This document shows positions 47,755 to 60,237 of a DNA stretch of 64,000 nucleotides, in pieces (position 1 is the stretch's first letter; each line of letters opens with the position of its first letter). A program made the position numbers and the translations under genes. The notes beneath the pieces are model-generated. The model did not search any database. It saw only the letters and a list, made by a program, of their open reading frames with translations, and was not told where the DNA came from. The DNA lies in NCBI GenBank assembly GCA_051313645.2, contig JBNRSN020000007.1:35526001-35590000 (forward strand). The letters are read 5' to 3'. The stretch comes from Centroscyllium fabricii. Lineage: Eukaryota.

Positions 47755-48590
47755 GGTGGGACATCCGGCAAATTTGCAAAGATTGACAGCGGTTCGGAAA
47801 CCCGCTGTCAACCCGCCTCCAATCAATCTTCCCAGGTGCCGGGTCCCCAATTTGCGCATGGACCCGACACTTAGCGGTGGGAAGATGATTATAGGCACTT
47901 AACTGCTTGTTAACAGGCAGTTAAGAGGCTTTTTACACTTTTGGCAGGTCTACTGTGGGCTTCCCGACGTCTGGACGCCACACCAGGTAATTGTGGCATG
48001 CTGTGGGTCTACTGTAATGTTTGTCCATTGATGACAGTTGCAGAAGTGGTGTGAAGGATCCAATGGTACACTGGTGAGTTTCAGAGGTAAGAACATTTTG
48101 GGAAAATCATTTTTAATTTATTTAGACTTTTCTGTAGGTGACAAGTTTTGAATTGTTTGTGTAGTCCCACCTCATTGGGAGAACCTCCCTCACCAGTGAC
48201 AGATCGCTTTGGCAACCTCACCTGCAACTGCCATCTGTTCTAACCGAAGGAGGGAGTCACTGGAGAGCCTAGGTGCAAGGGCTCACCTTTGTACAGTGAT
48301 TGTCGGTGTTTGCAGCACCTCAGTGCTGTCAAACACTGAAAAATTAGCTGTCAAAAAAATTGCGCGTGGCCCCTTTAAGAAAACCGGCAAATGACGCGTC
48401 ATCAAATGATGTCATCTGACACTGGCTTTCTCTTAATTGGCCGGCATGCCCTCAAGGCGGGCTTAATGAGGCCAATTGACGCAAAATCGCGTCTGTGCGT
48501 CGGACGTCATTGGGGGCAGGATTGGAACCCGGAAGGCCCCCAAGCCGCATCGAGAAGAATAATAGCGGCCGTAGTTTTCGATTTCTCATC
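47755..48590. mobile_element. Probable Harbinger-derived non-autonomous element
   Basis: GC-rich termini, TTAACTGC..GTTAAC..GCAGTTAAGAGG and GCTGTCAAA motifs shared in reverse with 24875-25345; boundaries uncertain. Confidence 0.4.
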
Positions 48591-48634
48591 AGTCCTGCTT
48601 GCAAAGTTGAGATTTTATTGTTCTGTTCTTGCAG

Positions 48635-48687
48635 TGACTCTAATATAGCCACGGAAAAAAAGGAAAAGAAATCAAACGCAAAACGTG
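48635..48687 (+). CDS. PXA-domain gene, exon d
   Basis: TTCTTGCAG acceptor, GTGAGT donor; DSNIATEKKEKKSNAKR; phase 2 to 1 fits neighbours. Confidence 0.72.
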
Positions 48688-49341
48688 GTGAGTGATTCTC
48701 CTAAGAAACTGTTTTATGAATTTTCTTTTTACAACATTGTCCAGTTGTGCATCTTGTAATCGTATGATCTATTTTGGTTCATTATTTCAATTCTTCTCTA
48801 TTTTCTAGAGTTATGGAAGTCACTAGCAAAGGCCCAGCACACATGATAGCCTCCCTCTGTGCTATAACATTCTATGCTTCTATATTAGCTTTCAAATCAT
48901 CTCTTACTTGATGGGGGGTGTTGGGCGAGGTAGTAGTGCCCTAGTTGGGAGACCTGTTCCACAGACTAGTTAAACAAAAGCCTTACAGAATCATATCTAG
49001 GAACCAACATCCCAGATACCCTTATCCTCATTCCTGGGTTTGTCCTGTTCCAGTGGCAGGGCAGAGGTGGGACCGCAGTATTATACAGTCGGGCGAGAGA
49101 GGCCCTGGAAGTCCTCAGAATTGACTCCAGACCCATTGGAAGCCTTGAGGCCAAACAGGGTCAAGCAAGTCTCCTGCTGATCACCGCCTACAGCATCCCT
49201 TTCAACCCCCCAACCCCACCCCAGCCCCCTCAACTGTTGAATCCATGTTAAACATCGCGAAGAATAGGTCAGAGAATCAAGGCCGCAGAATCGCTCAGAT
49301 TGGGGGACTTCAATGTCTACCAGTAAGACTGGCTCGATAAT

Positions 49342-50106
49342 GGGCCAGAAATTCGGGTCGGAGGCTTCCCGCGTGTGCCTGCCTCCAACCTGCACTTACC
49401 TAGCGCGCCGGCTGTTGAGCTGTGGCCCCGCGTGGAATTCCAATGCGGGGCCCTCCTGAACTGCCGGCGCTCCGCGCTCCGGGATCTCAGCGGCGAAGAT
49501 AATGCGAGGGATCGCGTGGGATCACTTGGGCCATGGAGAGCCAATCAAAGCACAGAATGCTCCATTCATAAGTTTGACAGGAAGACCTGTCAAACTTATG
49601 AATACTACAAGCCCCAAAACCACAGTAAATCTTCAAATAATTTTTTTTTTAAATCACATTTTTTAAATAACTATCAATTACATAAATTAGCTATTTTAAA
49701 CAAATTAAAAATTTTGAAAAAAATAATTAACGTTTTTAACGGGGCTAAAAATAAACTTACCTTTCTTTAAAGTATTTAAAAATAAAAAAAGCGGTGGAAA
49801 TTTTTTTAAAATTGAATTAATTCACCACTTACCTTCTGAAAAGGGGACTTTGCGCTTGAAAATAGGAGCTGTACCTTTTTCCAATACTTACCCGGACACA
49901 GAACCTGTTTAAAAGAAGAAAAAAACGGAAGTCCATTGCGCACGCGCTGCGGCGCGCGCATTCCGACCCCTGACCCCTTCTGTCAGGGAATCGGAAGTGC
50001 CAGTTTCGCGCGCATGCACTGTGCATGAACGAAACCGGCACTTCGGATGGGCCTACGTGTGAGTACCCAGCGCGTACTCACCCGGGGCGATCGCAATTTC
50101 TGGGCC
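49342..50106. mobile_element. Harbinger-like MITE family B
   Basis: TIRs GGGCCAGAAATT / AATTTCTGGGCC, AT-rich centre; related to 58251-59952. Confidence 0.7.
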
Positions 50107-50685
50107 ATTACTACCACTGACCAAGCTGGTCAAGTCATGAAGGACATAGCTGCCAGACTGGACCTGCGTCAGGTGGTGAGGAACCAACAAGAAGAGTACT
50201 GACTTGACCTCATCCTTGCCAGCCTACCCATTGCAGATACGTCTGTCCACGATAGCATTGGTAGAAGTGACCACTGCACAACCTTGTGAAGACAAAGTCT
50301 CCTCTTCATTATGAGGATGCTCTCCATTAAGTAGTGTGGTACTGCCACTGTGATAAGTGAAACAGACTAAAGACAGATCTAGCTACCCAAAACTTGGCAT
50401 CATGTAGCACTGCAGGCCTTTAGCAGCAGCAGCAGAATTATATATCACCACAATCTGCAGCTGCAGCAACAACAACAACTTGCATTTATATAACACCTTT
50501 AACCTAGACAAATCTCCCAAGGGAATTCACAGAGGTGTAATCGGACAAAAATGAACTCCGAGCCAGAGAAGGAGATTTTAGGAGGGGTGACCAAAAGCCT
50601 GGTCAAAGAGGTGGTTATTAAGGAGGGTCTTTAAAGGAGGCGAGGAAGGCGGAGAGATGAAAGGGTTTACAGAGGGAATTCCAGA

Positions 50686-51089
50686 ACATAGAAACATAGA
50701 AGATAGGAGCAGGAGTAGGCCATTCAGCCCTTCGAGCCTGCTCCGCCATTCAATGAGATCATGGCTGATCATCCAAACCCAGTACCCTATCCCTGCCTTG
50801 TCCCTATATCCCTCGATCCCTCTCAAGCCTACACTGACACATATCCCACCCTATCCCTGTAACGCCACATATTCAATCTCCCTAACACTAAGGGTCAATT
50901 TATCCTGGCCAATCAACCTAACCCGCACATCTTTGGACTGTGGGAGGAAACCGGAGCACCCGGAGGAAACCCACGCAGACACGGGGAGAATGTGCAAACA
51001 CCACACAGATAGTACCCGAGGCTGGATTTGAACTCGGGGCTCCAGTGCTGTGAGGCAACAGCGCTAACCACTATGCCACCGTGCCGCCC
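50686..51089 (-). mobile_element. HE1-like V-SINE
   Basis: Full-length reverse copy inside an L2 fragment. Confidence 0.9.
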
Positions 51090-53185
51090 AACATGGGGCG
51101 GCCTGGACGGCTGAAGACACAGCCACCTGGTAATCTCATAGTCCAGCACATCTCTCGTTCCTTGATTAAACTATCAAAGCAGGAGAGCAAATCCAGTTCA
51201 ATGAAGGCATGTCAGGATCAGCGCTAACCTAGTGAAGCTAAAACACAGAGACCACCTGCATGGTAAACACCAAAAGTAGTCGGCTATAGAAACATAGAAG
51301 ATAGGAGCAGGAGTAGGCCATTCGGCCCTTCGAGCCTGCTCCGCCATTCAATGAGATCATGGCTGATCTATAGGCAGAGATAGATGGTTCTACAACCAGA
51401 AGATCAGAGCAAAGCTCTGCAGATGTACCATATCCAAGCAACTAACAGAAGAGGCTCTGTGAACATCCCCATCCTCAACAGTGGTTAAGGCTAAAGTGTT
51501 TGCAAGTGTTTTCAGCCAAAGGTGCCAAGTGGACAATCGATCTTTTCTCCTTCCAAGTTCCCATTGTCAAAGTTGCTAGTGTAAAGCCAATTCATTGCAT
51601 TCTACAGGACATTGAGAAGTGTCTGAGTGCACTGACACAACAAAGGCTATGGGTCCTAACAACATCCCAGCTGTATTGCTGAAAACCCACATGCCAGAGT
51701 TAGTGACTCCTCTAGTTAAGCTGTTCCAGTGGTATCTAATCAACAATGTGGAAGATTGCCTTGGTTTGTACTATCCAACTAAGTGAACTACTGTCCTATT
51801 GGCCTCCTCCCAATCATCAGTAAAGTGATCAAAGCAGTAATCAATAATGCCATCAAGTGACACCTACTTGCCAGTAACCTGCTCAATGATGCTTAGTTCA
51901 GGTTCTGCCAGCTCCAGACCTCATCACAGCTTTGATCCAGACAAGAGTTGAAAAGAGGTGAGAGTCGCTGCTCCTGGCATTGAGGCAACATTCATCGAGT
52001 ATGACCCCAAGGAGCTGTAACAAAACTTGAGGATAATAGGCTTCAAAGGGAAAACCCGCCAAAGGTTGGTGACCGGGTTGGTGACATGCCTGATAAAAGG
52101 CTGACTGTGCCTGTCGGAGGCTACCTTGCAGCCCAGTACATTATTACAGGATTTCCCAGTGGTGGAATTGTTCATTGGCAATTCTACATTATTCAACTAC
52201 ACCCACAAATCCTCTGATAATGAAGTAACCCATGCCAGTAAACAACAAGATAACATCTAGGCTTGGGCTGACAAGTGGCATATAACATTAGTGCTGCACA
52301 AGTACCAGGTGATGGTCATCTCAACCAAGAGAAACCCAACTTGATCTTCAATGGCACCGTCATTGCTGAGTACCCCACCATCAACATCTTGGGATTCACC
52401 ATTGACCAGAAGCTTAAATAGATCCACTATATCAACAATGTAGCTCTAAGAGCAGAGCATAGGCCCACCTCCCGACCCCTCAAAACTGATCCACCATCTA
52501 CAAGGTTCAAGTCTTCAAGTCGGGAGTGTGATAGTCATTATACTCACCACTTGCCTGGATGGGTGCAGTTGCAATAATACTCAAAAAGCTTGACACCATC
52601 CAGTACAGAACAATTTGTGTCCCGGCCACTGGCTCATTATCCACTCCCTTCACTCTCGATTCACTGTGGTTGCAGTATGTACTACCTACAGGATGCACTG
52701 CAGCAATTCACCAAGGTTGCTTCAACAGCACCTCCCTCGCCTGTGCCCATCACCTGGAATTTCCTACTTAGCACCATTGTGGAAGCAGTATTGTCATCGC
52801 AACCAAGCATGGGTAATAACTGTTACCTTGCCATTGTTATCCACATCCTGAGAACAAATTGAGAAAAACTTCATAATCGATGATCACCTGTGTGGTTTTT
52901 GGCATGGCCATTCCACTAGTGATTTAACTTGACTATGTTATGCGCTTGGGGAAGTTGATTGATACATTTGTCATCACTTTAGACATCTCCAAACCATTGA
53001 TGGAGTCTGGGGCCTTGAACGTATAAACAAGTAATCATCATATGATCTTATAAAAGCTATGCTCATGGTTATCTAATTTACACTCATCGTTGCCCTATGT
53101 GCTGGAGTGTGTTGCTCCTCTGACTCTGCCATTAATTCAGGGGTTCCCCTGGGCTCTGTGTCCTCTCCCACTCTTATCTATCAAC

Positions 53186-54292
53186 TGCAAGAAGTCACAC
53201 AACACCAGATTATAGTCCAACGGTTTTATTTTAAATCACAAGCGTTCGGAGCTTCTGCCCCTTCGTCAGGTGAAAGAGAGTCTATCTATCAACAACTTTC
53301 TCTGCTCCTTTTAAACCCTATCAACTTTTTTTGCCGATGATTCTATTGTACATCCACCAATTTCCTTCAAATTTTATGCTCTCCATACACACCAGCTTCA
53401 CTTCTCTCTCTCTATCTCGATCTTCTCCATGCTCGTTGGGACAATGGAAATCTTGTTTGTTGCAACACAGTCTCTTTGTGTCTCTCGCAAGTCACTTCAG
53501 CTCCAGTTGTACTGTACTGTTCTCCTCAGATGAAGATGCCGATGTTCTTGTTCTAGTGTGAAATAGTTCACCGGTTTACATTGATGTTTTGTTTTGATTG
53601 GAGTATTTGTTCTGTTCAAGTATTCCACAATCTTTTAAAAAAATTATTCAAGAAATCCAAAAAGAAGGAAACTGGTTCAATGGTATACCACACAGATGAA
53701 GTTGATGGACAGTGTGGAAGTGATGCCCCACAATTTAGATCATTTCCTTCTTCCAATGAGTTGCATTTGGACGACAGAGATGACGATTCTGCTGAAGAAG
53801 AGGTCTGTTGGAAATTCCTTTGAAAGTAGCTGGTAGTTATAGAGTCGATATCTATTTTAAACAGTGGCTGTAACAATAATGCAAGAAGTCACACAACACC
53901 AGATTATAGTCCAACGGTTTTATTTTAAATCACAAGCTTTCGGAGCTTCTGCCCCTTCGTCAGGTGAAAGAGAATCTGGCTTAAAGAACGCACATGTGTG
54001 ATGAGAGAAATCTGATATCTCCCACATCACACCTCCATAGAGCCAGACACAGAAAGGCTTATTAACATATTTTAAGTGTTACATTTAAATATAGCACATA
54101 TAGAGAGAGATAACAATGTGGTCTCTCCAGTTGTTTCACATCACACCTCAGCTGAGGGACATCAAAGCAGTCAGATTTTCCAACATATCAAAGGGTGCAG
54201 TCACACAGGGTCACCCTTTGATATGTTGGAAAATCAAAGTTGTGTGACTTCTTGCATTTGTCCACCCCAGTCCAACACCGGCACCTCCACAT
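53186..54292. mobile_element. Penelope pLTR fragments flanking exon e (53186-53280; 53880-54292)
   Basis: Two near-identical TGCAAGAAGTCACACAACACCAG...CGTCAGGTGAAAGAGA blocks. Confidence 0.75.
53621..53802 (+). CDS. PXA-domain gene, exon e
   Basis: Acceptor TTCTGTTCAAG; VFHNLLKKLFKKSKKKETG...DDDSAEEE; donor GAG/GTCTGT; phase 1 to 0. Confidence 0.68.
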
Positions 54293-55059
54293 TATGTAAC
54301 AATAATGAGCAACAAGCAAACCATTGTTTCCTTTGACTAGACTTTTGAAGTACTTAAATTTAGAAATGTAAAAAATAAATTTGTCCAGCAGGATGTTCCT
54401 GTTTGAAGGGGGGGGGGGGGTGTTTGTGTCTAAATGTATTAGAAGGGCCCCCAACTTTATCCTGTGTTCCATTGGAAAGAAAGACTACTTGCCACCTTTT
54501 GAGCCAGGATGATGGTTTATTTTCCGTGATCATTCTTCACATTGCAGAGCAATTGTGTACTCGTTCTGGTTTCCTGCTCTCTGCGCCACCGAGTATGAAC
54601 ACCTCGTGATTACTGGAGCGAATCGTTCGTGAAATCTTGGCCCTGTTTGCCACCACCAGCAACTTCAGTGTTCTACAATGCTTTAAAGTGGCCAGTGGTG
54701 GAATACTCCTGCCCGAGTTGCACCCAAGGTGCAGAAAACCCACCACTTGCCGCTAGACCCAGTACAGTCCAGGAGCCATGCAAAGCAGTGAACTCGATGA
54801 GAATGGCTTCACTCAACAGCAGAGAAGCTGTCAAGCAAATAAAAGATGCACAGGGCCGCACCACAAGAGTGGTTGCTGCTGCTTAAACTAGACGATCTAG
54901 GTCTGTACTAGAAAGACGATGATTCAGAATATCACTGGCAAAGCTTCACCGACTGTCCCAGACAGTGTTGTGATCTAGAACTCTGCCTCCAGACACCTGC
55001 AAGTGTAAATGCAGAGTTAATCACCACCCGAGCCAAGGTTGTAGAAAGATGAATTCAGT

Positions 55060-55800
55060 TATGGGAAATGTTGGTGTTCAGGGAGTTTTGGGTGTCCTTG
55101 TGCAAGAAACACAGAAAGCTAGCATGCAGGTACAGCAAGCAATAAGGAAGGCAAATGGGATATTGGCCTTTATTGCAAGGGGGTTGGAGTATAAGAGTAA
55201 GGAAGTCTTGCTACAATTGTACAGGGCCTTGGTTGAGACCACACCTGGAGTACTGTGCACAGTTTTGGTCTCCTTATCTAAGGAAGGATATACTTGCCTT
55301 GGAGGGAGTGCAACAAAGGTTCACTGGATTGATTCCTGGGATGAGAGGGCTGTCCTATGAGGAGAGATTGAGTAGAATGGGCCTATACTCTCTGGAGTTT
55401 AGAAGAATGAGAGGTGATCTCATTGAAACATACAAGATTCTGAAGGGGATTGACAGGGTAGATGCTGAGAGGTTGTTTCCCCCTGGCTGGAGTGTCTAGA
55501 ACTAGGGGGCATAGTCTCAGGATAAGGGGTAGGTTGTTTAAGACTGAGATGAGGAATTTCTTCACTCAGAGGATTGTGAATCTTTGGAATTCTCTGCCCC
55601 AGAGGGCTGTGAATGCTGAGTCTTTGAGTATATTCAAGGCTGAGATCGCTAGATTTTTGGACTCTAGGGGAATCAAGGGATATGGAGATCGGGCGGGAAA
55701 GTGGAGTTGAGGTCGATGATCAGCCATGATCTTATTGAATGGCGGAGCAGGCTCGAGGGGCCGAATGGCCGACTCCTGCTCTTATTTCTTACGTTCTTAA
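55060..55800 (+). mobile_element. CR1 3' fragment
   Basis: Frameshifted ORF2 C-terminus, 3' UTR and tail. Confidence 0.92.
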
Positions 55801-55886
55801 ATCTCTAATTTACCCCTTCGTACTCCTAGCTGTGACACTAGGCCATCCACACTTATTTGTGGTTAATACCCTCGCCCATGTTGCAC

Positions 55887-56260
55887 ACAGAAACACAGAA
55901 GATAGGAGCAGGAGTAGGCCATTCGGCCCTTCGAGCCTGCTCCGCCATTTTATTGATGAGATCATGGCTGATCATCCAAACCCAGCACCCACCTCCTACC
56001 CTCTCCCCATATCCCCCGACACCCCCAACTCTAAGAACTATATCTCACACACATACTCATGGGCAATTTGTTTTTTAGTATCTCCAATTCACCTAACCTG
56101 CATGTCTTTGGGTGGTGGGAGGAAACCGGAGTACCTGGAGGAAACCCACACAAACACGGGGAGAACATGCAAACTCCACGCAGAGGTCCCAGGCCAAGCA
56201 GGATTCGAACCCAGGAGCTCCTTATTGCGAGGCAGCAGTGCTAACCACTGCGCCACCGTG
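55887..56260 (-). mobile_element. V-SINE family 2
   Basis: Matches 34843-35218. Confidence 0.88.
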
Positions 56261-56463
56261 CACTGTTTAGTTTTATTTTCGCCACCAACAGCATGACTGT
56301 TTTTTCCTTCCCATTATTAAAATAGTAGTAATTTGTTTTTTTTTAATCTATCTCAACACAAACCAAAGGATCTGCCATCAATAAATTCAAAAGACAAGTA
56401 CTGTTTATGGCAATGATATCTTAACATAAATGTTGTTTATGGTGCTGTCTATTTTCATTTTAG

Positions 56464-56550
56464 ATGCTTGACTGGCTGAGACAAAATATTCTTACGCCAA
56501 CTGAAAATGAAAAATTGTCACTAAGAAATTGTAAGATCACCATTTCAGAG
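56464..56550 (+). CDS. PXA-domain gene, exon f (possible start of PX domain)
   Basis: TTTTCATTTTAG acceptor, GAG/GTATGG donor; MLDWLRQNILTPTENEKLSLRNCKITISE; phase 0 to 0. Confidence 0.65.
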
Positions 56551-56582
56551 GTATGGTATTAATTGATGTCTTGAAACGTAAT

Positions 56583-56849
56583 GGGAACAATTTTAACCTT
56601 ACTCGCTTAGTAGAAACCTGGTGGGTGGGCAGTTAAAATCGCCCTGGCTCTTAGCTGTCCGAAAACCGGCATGATCGCTACATCTGCAATTTTAACCTAC
56701 TCCCCTGAGCAGGCAGCAAGGACACCCACCTGGAGCCAACAGGGTCCTTTTTTACATATGCATGTTGCGGCCCGATGACATCATTGGGACCCGACTGTAA
56801 TTTTAACTCCGGCCTGAGCGAGGAAATCGTCTGGAGTTAAAATTGGGGC
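56583..56849. mobile_element. Short MITE-like element
   Basis: Terminal CAATTTTAAC / GTTAAAATTG inverted repeats repeated internally. Confidence 0.5.
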
Positions 56850-57060
56850 ACGAAGACTGCCCATACCTGTGGTTGTTAGGCAGCCTCATTCTTGTAATGC
56901 TCTTTGATATCCCTGCTTCTATTGGAAGATCATAGAATCGCTGTCATTTTCTAAAATTGTTTATCCTCCAAGTATGTCAGTGCTGTGGAATAGAGCAATT
57001 ACCTACATTGGGAACCTAATATGAGGTACAGTATTGCACAGTCAGAATTCGTGGTGGTGG

Positions 57061-57729
57061 GGGGTGGAATTTGGTTGCTTTGTGTCTCCTGTTAGAGGGG
57101 GCACTAATGGGGGACGCGAAGCAACTAGCGCCTGGGCACGGCGCCGCGAACACCTCCCGCGAAATTCAGCGGGAGGTTAGCGGCGGTGTTAACTGGTAGT
57201 GCCCTGCGGCGCTGCGCCTCTGGCAATGACATCGTCGCTGTGCGCAGTGCCCCGTCCACAAACTTGGCTTGCGCCCCCTGACCTACCGCCGGACGCCATG
57301 TCCGACAGGGTCGGGGGGCTGGTTTGCGGCCGGGGTGGTGATAATTACATGGCAGGTGTCGGGTGCCCATTTTTTGGGGGGGCCGCCTGCCTCCTGCGGG
57401 GTGCCGGCTGCAATCCGTCAGCTTGGCATTTCTCTCGAATGCCGGGCTCTTTTGCCGGCACCCCGCTCCCTGGCGGGCCAGCAGGGCCCCGGTTCCCTCC
57501 CCATTTATCAGGGGAGGGGGAGGCCTGTAGTACTGCGGTGCTGCATGCTGGCATGCATGCTGCACTTAGCGCTGTGATATTCAATAGGAGCGCCCAAGAG
57601 GGAGGGGGAGTGTTTCCCATACCACCCTGCCTCCTGCTTGGGGCACCACTAACCTTTTCGGGGTGCTAGCGCCCCGGTGAAGTTATCACTCCAAAGGGGT
57701 CACGAGCCAATTCCCCCCCCCCCCCCCCG
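57061..57729. mobile_element. GC-rich Harbinger-like MITE
   Basis: GGGGTGGAATTTGG...CCAATTCCCCCC termini. Confidence 0.6.
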
Positions 57730-57830
57730 TGGTGTTTTGATCCACAGACTTGTACCCACAAGGAAGTTAGTTGGATTGGCAAAATTCAATTCACCCCCCC
57801 CCCCCCCCTTTCTGCTATCTATAAATGTCC

Positions 57831-58078
57831 GTCCAAAGATGTGCGGGTTAGGTTGATTGGCCATGATAAATTGACCCTTAGTGTTAGGAGGATTGAATAT
57901 GTGGGGTTACGGGGATAGGGTGGGCTATGTGTCAGTTTAGGCTCGATAGGGATCGAGGGATATGGGAAGAGGGCAGGGACAGGGTACTGGGTTTGGATGA
58001 TCAGCCATGATCTCATTGAATGGCGGAGCAGGCTCGAAGGGCCGAATGGCCTACTCCTGCTCCTTGTTTCTATGTTTC
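57831..58078 (+). mobile_element. HE1-like SINE 3' half
   Basis: Matches 7182-7414. Confidence 0.88.
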
Positions 58079-58859
58079 CATCTCACCAGCCTGGGGTGAA
58101 TTCAAACTCCGATTCCAAAAGTGGTGATGTTCGTACTTCTCACCGTGCATCCAGTTGGTTTCATTTATGCTTAAAAAATTTTTTAAATGAAAGGAATTTC
58201 TCTGCCATTTTAGAGTTTAATGTGATAAATTGACTTGGTATAAAAATATAGGTCCTGAAATTGCGGTTCGGAGGCTTCCTGCGGGCTAATGCCTCCGAAC
58301 CGCAAGTAAAATCTGTACTTAACTCATGGCCCCGGACCTACGAAGCCTCGCACTTCTGAGCCTGCGGGCGTAGGCCTGCGTAAAGGCCCACGTATCCCAG
58401 GGGCGCATGCGGTTCGTGAGTGTCCCTGGGAATCACGTGGGCCGGCCCAACTAATCACAAAGGGGGATTCCCGTTACGTAAGGAATCCCCATCAGCACAA
58501 TAGGAATGACATAACAAATACACTTTCACAGCACTGAAATAAAAATAAATCACCACATGTTTAAAATGAATTAAAATACAATTTAGTTAAACATTCAAAA
58601 CAAAAAATTGATTTTTTGAAAAAAATGTAAACATTATTTTTTAATGTTTTAATGATTTAAAAAAGTTATTTTAATATTTATTTAAACTCTTATGCTGGTA
58701 AAAGAAGGCCTTCTGCCTGCTTTTACTGGCCTAAGAGTTTCGTGGACATTCGCTGGGCAGTAGTTGGGTCTCCGCCAGCGAATGTTCATTTCCCGCGGAT
58801 TCGCGGATCCAAGCTGAAACTCGACAGATCACAAGTTTCGGGTTTTCACATATGTGCTT

Positions 58860-59807
58860 TGATGCGCTAATCAATCACGCAAGTCTTTCGTGGATCGTAA
58901 TCAAAGGCTTTTATTCGCTAAGAACAAGACCTGGTCCGCGATGAGTCCTGCCCGGAATGAGAGTCAGGTGGGCGGAGCATCCTCCTTTATACTCATACCC
59001 GGAGGCGGGGTCAGCTGGTCCAGGTGCTTACAGAAAGGAACAACTTTATTAGCACAAACTATATACAATACAGGTTGAGCACCGTTAATCCGTGTCCCGA
59101 ATAGCCGGCAGCTTCAGTCTGCCGGCACAAATTGCCCCGACTGCACTGCGCATGCGCAAAATGGCAGCCCCCATCGTGGCTTCAGCGAATGATCTGCGCA
59201 TGCGCCGAGCGCATGTGCAGATCATTCAAAACAGCTGCGGGTGTTTTGAATGATCTGCGCATGCGTCACCTGACGGTTAGCGCATGCGCAGATAAATTCA
59301 ATACGGCCGCCCGTTATTTTCTCGATCCGAAACAACAGAAATCTCTGGAGAAACTCAGCAGGCCAGGCAGCATCTGAAGAAAGGTCATCGACCTGAAACG
59401 TTAACTCTGCTTCTCTCTCCACCGATGCTGCCTGGCCTGCTGAGTTTCTCCAGCGTTTTCTGTTATTACTTCAAAATGATCATAGTCACACAGCTGTTGC
59501 TTAGTGACTGAGGCGGACAGTCACTAAGCAACAGCTGTCAGCCTGAGTCCCGCTCGGCGGCAGCAGCAACCCCAAAGGCGATGGAGAGGGACGGCGGACC
59601 CGGGCCCGATCTGCGCATGCGCGCGCCAGCTAATCGCAATGCTGCGCGCATGCGCGCGGCCATTTTGCCTGGCGCGCATGCGCAGTGTCCAAACTCGTTC
59701 TCCCGGTTTTTTCCATTTCCCGGCACGGGCCTGGTCCCGCCCGTGCCCGATTAACGGTGCTCAACCTGTAATAACACAGTGTGAACTACACTAAATGGTT
59801 CACCACA
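58860..59807 (-). mobile_element. Solo Gypsy LTR interrupted by a MITE
   Basis: TGATG...ACCACA, AAAGGCTTTTATTCGCTAAG motif shared with the other Gypsy LTRs; flanked by a 60-bp direct repeat. Confidence 0.8.
59071..59768. mobile_element. pogo/Tigger-like MITE with hairpin-rich interior
   Basis: TA-CAGGTTGAGCACCGTTAATC...GATTAACGGTGCTCAACCTG-TA. Confidence 0.9.
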
Positions 59808-60237
59808 TTCGCGGATCCAAGCTGAAACTCGACAGATCACAAGTTTCGGGTTTTCACATATGTGCTTCACACGCAGAAACCCGGAACTTGCGGGGCAGTT
59901 ATGTTTGCGTACGCTGTCCGTATGCGGTCATGGGTTCCAGAAAATCTGGGCCATTATTTATTTTGGCAGTGGTAAGTATGCAAGATAATATTGGGAGAAA
60001 TCCCCTCCTGCTCTCTAATGGGATAATGTAAACAATGTACTTTCCCCTCTAATTCTTCAAAGGCACAGTTTCTTCATGCTGGTTTGCATGTCTAATGAAC
60101 AACTTTCACCCTTAGTCCTTCTTCATTTATAGACATCCTTGTCTTATCTTTTTTTCTTTCTTTTTAGTATCTCTTCTGAAAAACTTGCATTTATATAGCT
60201 TCTTCCACATCCTGCAGGATGTCCCAAAGTGCTTCAT

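Larger units (their letters stand above)
48960..52870 (+). mobile_element. Old degenerate LINE (endonuclease to 3' end) fragmented by younger insertions
   Basis: Remnants GDFN (about 49305), LDL.L and SDH (50190-50275), RT-like pieces 51600-52450, 3' end matching 22570-23230. Confidence 0.65.
58251..59952. mobile_element. Harbinger-like MITE family B hosting nested insertions
   Basis: GGTCCTGAAATT...AAATCTGGGCC termini, similar to 49342-50106. Confidence 0.65.

Noticed and set aside
53186-53972. Direct Penelope repeats flanking exon e as an exon-mobilising unit
   Set aside because: Short fragments of an abundant family with no TSD or other sign of joint movement.
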